From a bacterium (GTDB taxonomy: Bacteria > Electryoneota > Electryoneia > Electryoneales > Electryoneaceae), in contig CAXXKJ010000002.1 of assembly GCA_963675295.2 (NCBI GenBank), positions 2,560,001 to 2,624,000 of the forward strand: 64,000 bases of DNA. The letters run 5' to 3'. The notes below the pieces were generated by a model. That model made no database searches, had not been told where the DNA came from, and saw only the letters and a program-made list of their open reading frames with translations. Below, piece after piece: positions 9,092-17,614 of this stretch. The translations under genes and the position numbers were made by a program. Position 1 is the stretch's first letter, and the number at the start of each line of letters is the position of its first letter.

Positions 9092-10564
9092 TCAATCCCC
9101 CGTTTCGATCAGCGCATCCATGCGCTCGAGTGGTGTTGGTTGGTCCTCATTGTCTACGGGCGTGCGTGGCAGCTCAATGGTAAAGCGGCTGCCCTCGCCT
9201 TCGGTGGTGTCCAGCTGAATGCTGCCACCGTGAGAGGTGATAATCTTGTCGGCGATGAACAGGCCGAGACCGGTGCCCTCGTTGCCCTTGGACGAAAAAA
9301 ACAGGCTGAAGGCCTTGTCCCGGGTTTCACGGTCCATTCCAATCCCGTTGTCTTCAATGGTGAAGGTGACCAGCTTGTCGGAACCTTCGACGTTTACGGA
9401 TACCTTGTGTTCGTCCTTTTTCTTGTCAACACGGCATGCGTCCAGAGAATTCTCGATCAGGTTGACCATGGTTGCGCGCAGAGCTTTGCGGTCGGCCTTG
9501 AATTCACCAGCTGACTCATCTGCGTGAATCGACAAATCAATGCCGAGATCGTCCGCTCGTGGTTGCACGACTTCCTGGATCACGTCGGCGAACTCGGTGG
9601 CGTCAATGCTCTCCCGGTCCAGATCACGGTCTTTGGCGTAGTAGAGGATATCCAGTACCATGCTGCGAATCCGGGCAACGTTACGCAGCACAATCTCCCA
9701 GCCCTGTTCGACCCGTTTCTCGTTGCCGTTTTTCATGCCGGAATTGACCAGGTATACTCCGCCGTCGAGCCCGTTCAGCAAGCCCTTGACACCATGCGAA
9801 ATTGAGCTGATCAGCAAGCCGATGTTTGTCAGCTGGGTTTGCAGTTGCCGGATCGGGGTGATGTCGGTGCTGATTTCGATGACGGCGTCAATCTCGCCGT
9901 CCACATTGCGCAGGGGGGAGGTGTGCACGAGTACGTTCAGCTTGAGATCATCCCGCGTGGCGACGACCTCCTCGTGTACATGAACCTCGCCGTCATCGAA
10001 GGTTTTCATGACGATACACGGCATGCAGGCCTCATTACGGTGCTTGTAAAGTTCGTAGCACTTGCCGCCGTATTGTTCGCCAAAGGTTTCCCGGTGAAGA
10101 CGGTTGGCATCGATCACGTTCAAGTCGCGGTCCTGGATTGAGATGAAGCAGGGCACTTCATCAAACAGCATCTGGTAGCGTTGCTGGCTTTCCCGCAATT
10201 GTTTCTGCAGGACTTTCATCTCGGTGACATCGGTCGACATTTCCATGACCGCCTTGATGTCGCCGTTGTCGTCAAGGATCGGGGTTGTGTTCACCAGTAC
10301 GGAGACGGTTTGGCCGTTGAGGCAGGTGACCACTTCGTCGCTGCGATGACCGAGACCGTCGCGGAAGGTGCGTTCAACCGGACACACCTCGCATTTCTCC
10401 GGCCGTTTCTTGTACACCTGGTAGCAATATCTGCCTTCGATGTCACCGAAGTTCTCCCGGAAACGACGATTGGCTGCAACGAGCTTCAGATCCTTGTCCT
10501 GCACGGAAACGTAGCAGGGCATTTCGTCGAAATACGTCTCGAAGTGAGCTTCGTTCATCACCAA
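9092..10564 (-). CDS. cytoplasmic PAS-PAS histidine kinase
   Basis: Two PAS repeats, H-box SISHGVKG, N-box NLIENSLDA, DNGIG, GTGLGL. Confidence 0.95.
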   Translation of the reverse strand: MVMNEAHFETYFDEMPCYVSVQDKDLKLVAANRRFRENFGDIEGRYCYQVYKKRPEKCEVCPVERTFRDGLGHRSDEVVTCLNGQTVSVLVNTTPILDDNGDIKAVMEMSTDVTEMKVLQKQLRESQQRYQMLFDEVPCFISIQDRDLNVIDANRLHRETFGEQYGGKCYELYKHRNEACMPCIVMKTFDDGEVHVHEEVVATRDDLKLNVLVHTSPLRNVDGEIDAVIEISTDITPIRQLQTQLTNIGLLISSISHGVKGLLNGLDGGVYLVNSGMKNGNEKRVEQGWEIVLRNVARIRSMVLDILYYAKDRDLDRESIDATEFADVIQEVVQPRADDLGIDLSIHADESAGEFKADRKALRATMVNLIENSLDACRVDKKKDEHKVSVNVEGSDKLVTFTIEDNGIGMDRETRDKAFSLFFSSKGNEGTGLGLFIADKIITSHGGSIQLDTTEGEGSRFTIELPRTPVDNEDQPTPLERMDALIETGD

Positions 10565-10597
10565 CCTCCCGGGTAAATCCTCCAGACAACGGGTTTA

Positions 10598-10626
10598 TCC
10601 CCGGCGAACCCTGTGTTCGCCGGGGA
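10598..10626. repeat. intergenic hairpin within the operon
   Basis: tccccggcgaac-N5-gttcgccgggga perfect 12-bp stem. Confidence 0.6.
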
Positions 10627-10638
10627 ACAAGGCCGAAT

Positions 10639-12426
10639 TCAGTTCGATTCCACCGAATGCGTTTGATCACGCCTGGACAGATCGAGGATCTTCCGCACGT
10701 TTCGCATCAGCATCGCTTCATCGACCGGCTTGTCAACGTATCCCTCCGGTGGCGGAACCGAGCGTTCGTAGATTAATCGCCGCAGCTCGGGTTTACCGGA
10801 AATGATGCAGACAGGTATCTGGCTCGTTGCCTTTTCTTCGCGCAGACGCGAAAACACCCAGCCGCCGTCTTTGCCCGGCATGTTAATGTCGAGCGTGATC
10901 AGGTCAGGCTGCTCACGCATGGCGATTTCGACTGCTTCCTCGCCGTCCGTGGCGGTAAGAATCTTCGCGCCGTTGTCCTCCAGCACGGTGCTGAAGAATG
11001 TCAGGATGTCGGGTTCGTCATCGACGATCAGGATTGTCCGGTTAACCAGCGACTCAGCGTGTGCGACCACCTTTTCAGCCTCCTTCTCCACCGGCACGAC
11101 TACCGGCTTCTCCGGAATCACGAGCGCGTTGGCGACCAGGTTGACCAGCTGCGTGACTTCCATGCCCAGCTCATAGTGCTTGATGCAGTCACTGAGTCCG
11201 TCGACGCAGTTGTGGCATGAGGTGACGACGACCTCTGCGCCCGTTGCTTTCAACTGATCCGCTTTCACTTTCGCTGACTTCAGCCGCCGCGGGGCATACT
11301 CCGACATCGACATCGCGCCGCCGCCACCAGTGCAGCAGTAGTTTTCCGCGCGGTTCGGATACATTTCGCGGAAGTCTTCGCAGACCAGACGCAGCAACTC
11401 GCGTGGTTCCTCGAACAGGCCGCATGACCGGGCGTTGTTGCAGGAATCGTGGAAGGTGACCGGCTGAGGGTTCTTCGACTTGTCAACCTTGATCCGGCCT
11501 TCCTTGATGTAGTTCAGCATGGTGATCACGCTGGATTCCATCTCGAACGGGACATCCTTCTTCGCCCAGTTCGGGCCTTCGCAGCGGGTGGAACGGTAGC
11601 CGTGTCCGCATTCGCTGATCACCAACTTCCGTCCCTTCAGCTCAACCACCTTGTCGTACAGCATCCCGGCGACCGCACCGCCGAGGTCGTCATCACCGGA
11701 AAAGAGACCGAAGTTGGTCATGTCCCAGCCCTCGCTGGGCATGGTCCAGTCTTCACCGGCCATGTGGAAGATCTTTGCTGCGTCGGAGATGGTGCGTGGA
11801 TCATATTTGACTTCGCGCGGGTTGATCGAGTAGACCACGTTCGCGTTCTTCTTGTCGATCGGGATCTGAGCGGACTCATCGTCCAATTCGATCTGCATTT
11901 CGTCGGCCATCCATTCGAGCGTGTCGAGGTAATCTTCCTTCAACACACCCATCTGGTTTCCGATTTCCCATTGGTCCTTCGAAACCACTGCGACGCCTTC
12001 CGGCATCACGCCGACGCTGACCAGCATCCCGCGCAGCATGCGATTGAAGGTGGCAAAGTCAACGCCCATCGGGCAGTTGATCGTGCAGCGGCGGCAGTTT
12101 GTGCACTTGCCGAACGCGATATCCTTCAGCTCTTCCAGGTCCTCGTCGCTGAAGACGCTCTTTGCGCCGACCCACCACGGGAAGACTCGTCCGGTCCAAT
12201 CCACCTCACGCTTGAAGATCTTCCGCAATCGGTCCGCTTTGTACGCTGGCGCATACGTCACGTCTCCCGGATTGGTCTGCACGTAGTGGCAGGACTCGGT
12301 ACACATTCCGCAATGGACACATCCTACCAGCGACCCGACCACCTGACGGTTCAGCTTGCTCTTCATCCGGTTGAGCGCCATCTCCGCCTTGTGGGACCGC
12401 TGTTTACCGTTCGTCTGAACGCTCAT
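10639..12426 (-). CDS. HdrD/DsrK/TmcB-like Fe-S oxidoreductase fused to a C-terminal receiver domain
   Basis: CVHCGMCTESC and CTNCRRCTINC 4Fe-4S motifs; CCG-domain motifs ECGHG, HDSC, CCTGGGG, SCHNC; REC ILIVDDE..LDINMP..KP. Confidence 0.9.
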   Translation of the reverse strand: MSVQTNGKQRSHKAEMALNRMKSKLNRQVVGSLVGCVHCGMCTESCHYVQTNPGDVTYAPAYKADRLRKIFKREVDWTGRVFPWWVGAKSVFSDEDLEELKDIAFGKCTNCRRCTINCPMGVDFATFNRMLRGMLVSVGVMPEGVAVVSKDQWEIGNQMGVLKEDYLDTLEWMADEMQIELDDESAQIPIDKKNANVVYSINPREVKYDPRTISDAAKIFHMAGEDWTMPSEGWDMTNFGLFSGDDDLGGAVAGMLYDKVVELKGRKLVISECGHGYRSTRCEGPNWAKKDVPFEMESSVITMLNYIKEGRIKVDKSKNPQPVTFHDSCNNARSCGLFEEPRELLRLVCEDFREMYPNRAENYCCTGGGGAMSMSEYAPRRLKSAKVKADQLKATGAEVVVTSCHNCVDGLSDCIKHYELGMEVTQLVNLVANALVIPEKPVVVPVEKEAEKVVAHAESLVNRTILIVDDEPDILTFFSTVLEDNGAKILTATDGEEAVEIAMREQPDLITLDINMPGKDGGWVFSRLREEKATSQIPVCIISGKPELRRLIYERSVPPPEGYVDKPVDEAMLMRNVRKILDLSRRDQTHSVESN

Positions 12427-12476
12427 GACTTTATCCTCATCGATTCGTCGTTATCCAAGGGTTTGCAACCTGCCTG

Positions 12477-13151
12477 TCATCCAGCCACACCGCCACGGCG
12501 TATCGGGTAGACCCCGCGCCGTCCCATCGTCTTGCCGAGATACCAGCGGGTAAAGGGGTAGTACAGGTAGTGGCTGATCTTGCTGAACGGCACGTACAGC
12601 AGGAAAAACATCGTCATCCAGAAGTAGATGTACTGCGCCCAGCCACCAGCCATGTCCGTAGCAAAAAACGCCAGCCCGAACCAGACCGTCAGCAACCACA
12701 CCGCGAAGTGATCGTCGGGAGTGCTGATCGCACGGACGTACTTGTCGGTCATCCGGCGAACGATTCGAAGCATCCCGACCAGGCAGGCCGCGCCGAGGAA
12801 GATCTTGAACAGCAGATGAACCACCGGTGATGCCGTGAATTCAGGTGCGAAAGGGATGGTGAAAGAAAGCGTAATCCCGGATACCACCCCAAGGTGGAAG
12901 AGGACGAACTGCATATAGAAGAACGGCTTTTTGCGTGTCGACTCCATCGCCCAGGGCATCGCGATGTTCATCAACGAATACATGCTGCCTTTTTTCGGAG
13001 TCGTGTCTGCCGCGCCGGTCGGTGCCTGGCGCTCCTTTCCGGCGGTGAAGCCGAAAAACCAGCGAAGACGAAGTATATACACGATGGCCATCACGATCAG
13101 GGCGTAATGGGCCATCGATTCAGCGAGGTGCATCGATTCAGGCGTTATCAT
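12477..13151 (-). CDS. TmcC/HmcE/NarI-like membrane (cytochrome b) subunit
   Basis: About 5 TM helices; LFHLG and PFSKISH conserved His; RAISTPDD motif; adjacent to TmcB-like gene. Confidence 0.8.
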   Translation of the reverse strand: MITPESMHLAESMAHYALIVMAIVYILRLRWFFGFTAGKERQAPTGAADTTPKKGSMYSLMNIAMPWAMESTRKKPFFYMQFVLFHLGVVSGITLSFTIPFAPEFTASPVVHLLFKIFLGAACLVGMLRIVRRMTDKYVRAISTPDDHFAVWLLTVWFGLAFFATDMAGGWAQYIYFWMTMFFLLYVPFSKISHYLYYPFTRWYLGKTMGRRGVYPIRRGGVAG

Positions 13152-13681
13152 GCCGCCACCTCCTTCGTATCCTCGTGCAACAGTTGAGCGAACGGTTGGT
13201 ACTCACGGTTGTTCATGGTGACAATCACGATTTCCTTGATCGACGATCCACGCCGGGCGTGGTCGACGAAGGTGTTGACCATCACCTTGGCACATTCCTG
13301 GATCGGAATGCCGTAGAAACCAGCACCCATCGGCGGGTAGGCGATCCGTGTGATGCCCTTTTCCACCGCAGCCGCAAGCGTGTTCACCAGCGTTGTTTTC
13401 AGCTTGCCGGCCATGTCCGTTTCCTGGAACTTCGGCCCGTTGGCGTGGATGATATATTCCGCTGGCAGGTCGCCCGCGCTGGACACCACAGCCTGGAGCG
13501 GGGCAAGGGGGGCGAGATTGTTGAGTTCCTCCTGCACGGACGGACCTCCGCGCATCGAGATCGCATTCCCGAAGCCGGTGCCGAGCTTCAAATCCTCAGT
13601 CGCATAGAAGGCGATCGCTTCGATCTCAGTCAGTGTCATGTCGCCTTGTTCGACGCGAATCGTTGTCCCGTTTACGTGCAT
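13148..13681 (-). CDS. macrodomain protein (degenerate active site)
   Basis: QGDMT, IIHANGP, IAYPPMGAGFYG macro-fold motifs; ATG at 13681 after GGGAGAG. Confidence 0.85.
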   Translation of the reverse strand: MHVNGTTIRVEQGDMTLTEIEAIAFYATEDLKLGTGFGNAISMRGGPSVQEELNNLAPLAPLQAVVSSAGDLPAEYIIHANGPKFQETDMAGKLKTTLVNTLAAAVEKGITRIAYPPMGAGFYGIPIQECAKVMVNTFVDHARRGSSIKEIVIVTMNNREYQPFAQLLHEDTKEVAA

Positions 13682-13683
13682 AC

Positions 13684-13944
13684 TCACTCTCCCCCTGATG
13701 ATGTGGGTTGGTTGTCGGTGTGGAGTTCGGGGATGTCCCAATGGCCGGACTGGATGTGCATCGAACGTTCGCGTTCTGCTTCCCGCCGCAGTTTCCACGC
13801 GGCGTCGCGCAGTGTGCCGTACAACACGCCGCAGCTGGAATCAACCCGGTCACGATCCCCGAGGTCAGCGAGAACCATCATTTCGCGCGTGAGGCGCAAG
13901 ACTTCCTGGATGTGTTCGTTGAACGGCTCCGGCATGATTCGCAT
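13684..13944 (-). CDS. small helical hypothetical protein with a single Cys
   Basis: GGGAG RBS; first gene after sigma54 promoter; ADLGD..CGVLYGTLRDAA. Confidence 0.75.
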   Translation of the reverse strand: MRIMPEPFNEHIQEVLRLTREMMVLADLGDRDRVDSSCGVLYGTLRDAAWKLRREAERERSMHIQSGHWDIPELHTDNQPTSSGGE

Positions 13945-14010
13945 GCTCCCACGCTCGTGACGAACAGCCCCGGTTGCCGAGCGGCAACCATTTCGTTCAA
14001 TCCTTCACAA

Positions 14011-14027
14011 AGCATGCGGCGTGCCAA
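14011..14027 (-). promoter_or_regulatory. sigma54 (-24/-12) promoter
   Basis: Minus strand TTGGCACG-CCGC-ATGCT about 70 bp upstream of 13944. Confidence 0.8.
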
Positions 14028-14103
14028 TCTCGAAAAGCGGAGTGCGGCAACGGCGAAAGCTGTGAAATAGAAAGGAGTTAGCTTGTGATGATTCCTGGGA
14101 GAA

Positions 14104-14306
14104 TGTGAACACGATTTGTCCAGTGTCCAGCGGGTTTCTGTACACTGTCGAAAGCGGAAACTCAGTTGATGATGTCGGTTTGGATGGATCGTAACAAACT
14201 GTTCGTGTTACAATTAGCAGAGGAGTCTTGAGCGCCGGCAACTGTGGACAGGGGTGTTCAACTATGTTTCTGGACAGATGTGTTCAATGGACAGGGTTGT
14301 TGGACA
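14104..14306. promoter_or_regulatory. candidate enhancer (UAS) region for a sigma54 activator
   Basis: Clustered TGTCCA/TGGACA/TGTTCA/TGAACA/TGTACA half-sites 80-290 bp upstream of the sigma54 promoter. Confidence 0.55.
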
Positions 14307-14390
14307 GGATGGGACGAGCTGTGGGTCGCGGACTACGGACTGCGGACCACAGGATGCGGGCTATTGTCCTGAGCCTAGCGTCGTGAGTCG

Positions 14391-14419
14391 AGAGACCAGA
14401 GACTAGAGACAAGAGACTG
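14391..14419 (+). repeat. degenerate heptamer tandem repeat (AGAGACN x4)
   Basis: AGAGACC AGAGACT AGAGACA AGAGACT. Confidence 0.7.
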
Positions 14420-14430
14420 CCGTATCAGGT

Positions 14431-14521
14431 GTCATTCTGAACATCGCGAAGCGGTGTGAAGAATCTCCTGACAGGCAGCAGGTTGAACAATCTGGAGATC
14501 CTTCACTTCGTTCAGGATGAC
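14431..14521. repeat. REP-like palindromic element
   Basis: Ends GTCATTCTGAAC / GTTCAGGATGAC; internal GTGAAGAATCTCC / GGAGATCCTTCAC inverted arms. Confidence 0.7.
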
Positions 14522-14554
14522 GTCCTTAATAACTCATCACCCATGACTCAAGAC

Positions 14555-16366
14555 TCACGGCTCATCCAGCATCTTGTACAGCGTGGTCCGGCTGACACCG
14601 AGCAGGCGCGCGGCCTTGGCCTTGTTACCGTCCACCTGGGCCATCACCGCCTGGACTTCGCCGAGGTGCAGTTTTGCCGGTCGGCCGGGCTGAGCGACTT
14701 TCTTCGGTTCGGCCAGTCCCTCCAACACTTCCGGCGGAAGATGGTTGGGCTGAATGACGCCGGTCCGTGTCTTGATGATTCCGTATTGGATCGCGTTTCG
14801 CAGCTCACGCACGTTCCCAGGCCACGGATACCGCATCAGAATGTCCATCGTGTTCTGGGAGACCTGCACCCGTTCCGCGCCGATCTGCGTGGACACCTGA
14901 TCGAGATAGTAGTCCACCAGCGCGGGGATGTCGTCGCAACGCTCACGTAACGGCGGCAGCGTAATCGGCACGACCGCAAGCCGATAGTACAAATCCTCAC
15001 GGAACTTGCCCTGTTGCGTCATCTCTTTCAAGTTGCGGTTGGTTGCGCAGAGGATCTGAACGTCGACCTTGATCGAACGTTCCCCACCAACCGGCACAAA
15101 CTGTGATTCCTGCAGTACGCGCAACAGTTTAACCTGCAAACTCGGTGTGATTTCGCCGATTTCGTCGAGGAACAGGATGCCGCCGTCCGCCAGCTCGAAG
15201 CGTCCCTTCTTGTCACGGATCGCGCCGGTGAACGCGCCGCGTACGTGCCCGAAAATCTCGCTTTCGAGGGTTCCTTCCGGCAATGCCCCGCAATTGACCG
15301 GCACGAATGGTTTGTTCGCCCGTGGGCCAATTTCATGCAGGGCTTTGGCGATCATTTCCTTGCCGGTACCGCTTTCGCCCTGGATCAGGATCGGCACGTT
15401 GACATGCGCCAGCTCCTCCACCGAATCGTAGACCCGCTGCATGGACGGATGCGATCCGATCATGCCGTGGAACCCGCCCTGCCCGGATGATTTCCGCCGC
15501 AATGTGTTGAGTTCGGTCATGTCGCGGAACAGCACCAGTGCACCGATCACGCCGCGATCATCGGTGTCGAGTGTGACCACGGACATTTCGATGTCGCGCA
15601 CGATGCCATCCCGCTTGACGAACGATGTCGGGTAGCGAAGGCGTGCTTCCGAATGGTTGGGGGTGAGGCAGAACGAACAGTCCCCGCCGCAGAAGCGATC
15701 GGGAAACACCTTGTGACAGTCAAGACCGATGACTTCATTGGCGCTGTAACCGGTGATTAATTCAGCAGTTCGGTTCCAGAGGAAGATGCGCCGGTTGCGG
15801 TCGTGCGCCATTACGCCATCGGTGAGGTGATTGATCAGCGAACCGAACGTCAACCGAATCCGCAGGCCGGCCTCGAGCAGGGGATCGTTGAACAGGTCGC
15901 GTAATCGGGCATTCAACAGGTAATCCAGCTCAGGCAGGCGGTCGTTCGATGGCTGATTCGTGTCCATCGGATCCGGGAAACCCAGCTCACTCGGCCGCCA
16001 GCAAATGCGTATCGGCAGCCCTGCGAACACGAGATCCGGTGGCAACGGGTGATTGTTCATCTGGATCACGATGTCATGCGTGGATGCGGTGGCATCCTGC
16101 TGGGAATAGAACACCGGGATCGGGTGGCCGGTAGTTGGATCGGGATGGTCTGCAGCGCCGGCGGTGAAAGAAGCATCCCCCGATTCAGCCGGCTCGGCGG
16201 CGTGCATCAGGGGATGGATAGTTGCTTCAGACGTGGTGCTGGATGGTATGGCATCTGATCCGGCGTACGCTACCTGCCAGACTCGTGGAACAACCTGGCA
16301 GCACAGCCGGGCCGTGCGTTCCGCAAGCCAACCGGCCTCGGTCGAGAAGAACAGGATTCGCGGCAT
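14555..16366 (-). CDS. sigma54-dependent enhancer-binding protein (PAS-AAA+-Fis HTH) with an N-terminal extension
   Basis: GESGTGKE, GAFTGA, LFLDEIGE, WPGNVREL, C-terminal HTH NKAKAARLLGVSRTTLY; PAS at about aa 175-285. Confidence 0.95.
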   Translation of the reverse strand: MPRILFFSTEAGWLAERTARLCCQVVPRVWQVAYAGSDAIPSSTTSEATIHPLMHAAEPAESGDASFTAGAADHPDPTTGHPIPVFYSQQDATASTHDIVIQMNNHPLPPDLVFAGLPIRICWRPSELGFPDPMDTNQPSNDRLPELDYLLNARLRDLFNDPLLEAGLRIRLTFGSLINHLTDGVMAHDRNRRIFLWNRTAELITGYSANEVIGLDCHKVFPDRFCGGDCSFCLTPNHSEARLRYPTSFVKRDGIVRDIEMSVVTLDTDDRGVIGALVLFRDMTELNTLRRKSSGQGGFHGMIGSHPSMQRVYDSVEELAHVNVPILIQGESGTGKEMIAKALHEIGPRANKPFVPVNCGALPEGTLESEIFGHVRGAFTGAIRDKKGRFELADGGILFLDEIGEITPSLQVKLLRVLQESQFVPVGGERSIKVDVQILCATNRNLKEMTQQGKFREDLYYRLAVVPITLPPLRERCDDIPALVDYYLDQVSTQIGAERVQVSQNTMDILMRYPWPGNVRELRNAIQYGIIKTRTGVIQPNHLPPEVLEGLAEPKKVAQPGRPAKLHLGEVQAVMAQVDGNKAKAARLLGVSRTTLYKMLDEP

Positions 16367-16687
16367 GGTTCATCCAGAAGTGGGGGCTCCTGCCGCAAAT
16401 ATAGGAAAATGTGTCACCCAACCTCTAGTGAAGTTGATCAAAAAACAAACTTTTACCGGACGGATCGGACGATGGTTGCTGATTGTACCCGTTCGGTAGG
16501 GCGGCAAGATCGGCTGGGACGCACCTGATTTTGCCTGGCAGCATGCCGGGGAATGGAAAAACCTGGTTTTTATATCCTTGTTAAATCAACAATTACAGAG
16601 TAGTGAACGGTTACGAATCCCCGGCACATGAGTTGCATTCCTCACGGTGGATACGTTTCTCCGAACGTGAAGCTGGCTGGAGCAGAC

Positions 16688-17599
16688 ATGCGCAAGACCC
16701 TCGTGCTGCACATCGGGATGCACAAGACCGCGACGACCTCGATTCAGTCGCACCTGCTGCACCATCGAGCAATGTTGCGGCAGATGGGGGTGGAGTATAT
16801 CCCCGGGTTGGTCAAGATCGCGAGATTGATCCGCAACCGCGCCCCGATGACAGAAGAAAGCGTGCGGGAGCTGCAGGCGCACATCGAACCACTGCTATCC
16901 CTGCAGGCACCGATTCTACTTGGCAGCGCGGAAGCGTTTTTCGGGCGTTTCATGGCGAAACCGCCGGTGATGATTAACTCGCACGCATGCGCGTCCGACT
17001 TGAAGCGTATTCTCGAACCGTTCGGCCTGGATGTGAAGCTGTTCGCGGCAGTCCGGCGGCAGGATACATGGCTGGAGTCGGCGTATCAGCATTCAGTGAA
17101 GTGGAATTATGACCTGACGTTTGACGAATGGCACGCTCAGCTGGACCTCGATCTGTTTCACTGGGATCGCCTGCTCGACGGGTTCGCAGAACAGTTCGGG
17201 AAGGCCAATCTGCACGTACACCCATACGAACGCTTGTTCAAGCCGGATGGAGAGGGTGTGCGACGGTTGTACCGCCTGTTTGGAGCGGAACATCTCGCCG
17301 ATCCGAAGACCTTTCCGCGCAGCAATCCGGGTATCTCGAAACGCTGGCTGGAGGTGTTACGCCGGGCGAATTCGCTGATCGACCGCAAGGAATGCCAGCG
17401 GCTGCGGTTCTTCCTGGAACACGAATTTCCGCGCAAATCGGGCGACAAGACGATCTATTTCAGCGACGAACAACGGGTAGCGTTGCTCGAGCACTTCAGC
17501 GAATCAAATCAACGACTGTTCGACGAGTACGTTCCGGAAGGGATCGACAACAGGTACACTGTCGCGGCGGTGATGGGACGGGAAACGTTGACCGTGTGA
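16688..17599 (+). CDS. sulfotransferase-like P-loop protein
   Basis: LHIGMHKTATTSIQ 5'-PSB-like motif, SAE, RRQDTWLESAY; GGAG before ATG 16688. Confidence 0.65.
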   Translation: MRKTLVLHIGMHKTATTSIQSHLLHHRAMLRQMGVEYIPGLVKIARLIRNRAPMTEESVRELQAHIEPLLSLQAPILLGSAEAFFGRFMAKPPVMINSHACASDLKRILEPFGLDVKLFAAVRRQDTWLESAYQHSVKWNYDLTFDEWHAQLDLDLFHWDRLLDGFAEQFGKANLHVHPYERLFKPDGEGVRRLYRLFGAEHLADPKTFPRSNPGISKRWLEVLRRANSLIDRKECQRLRFFLEHEFPRKSGDKTIYFSDEQRVALLEHFSESNQRLFDEYVPEGIDNRYTVAAVMGRETLTV

Positions 17600-17614
17600 T
17601 GGATGAAGGTCTGC

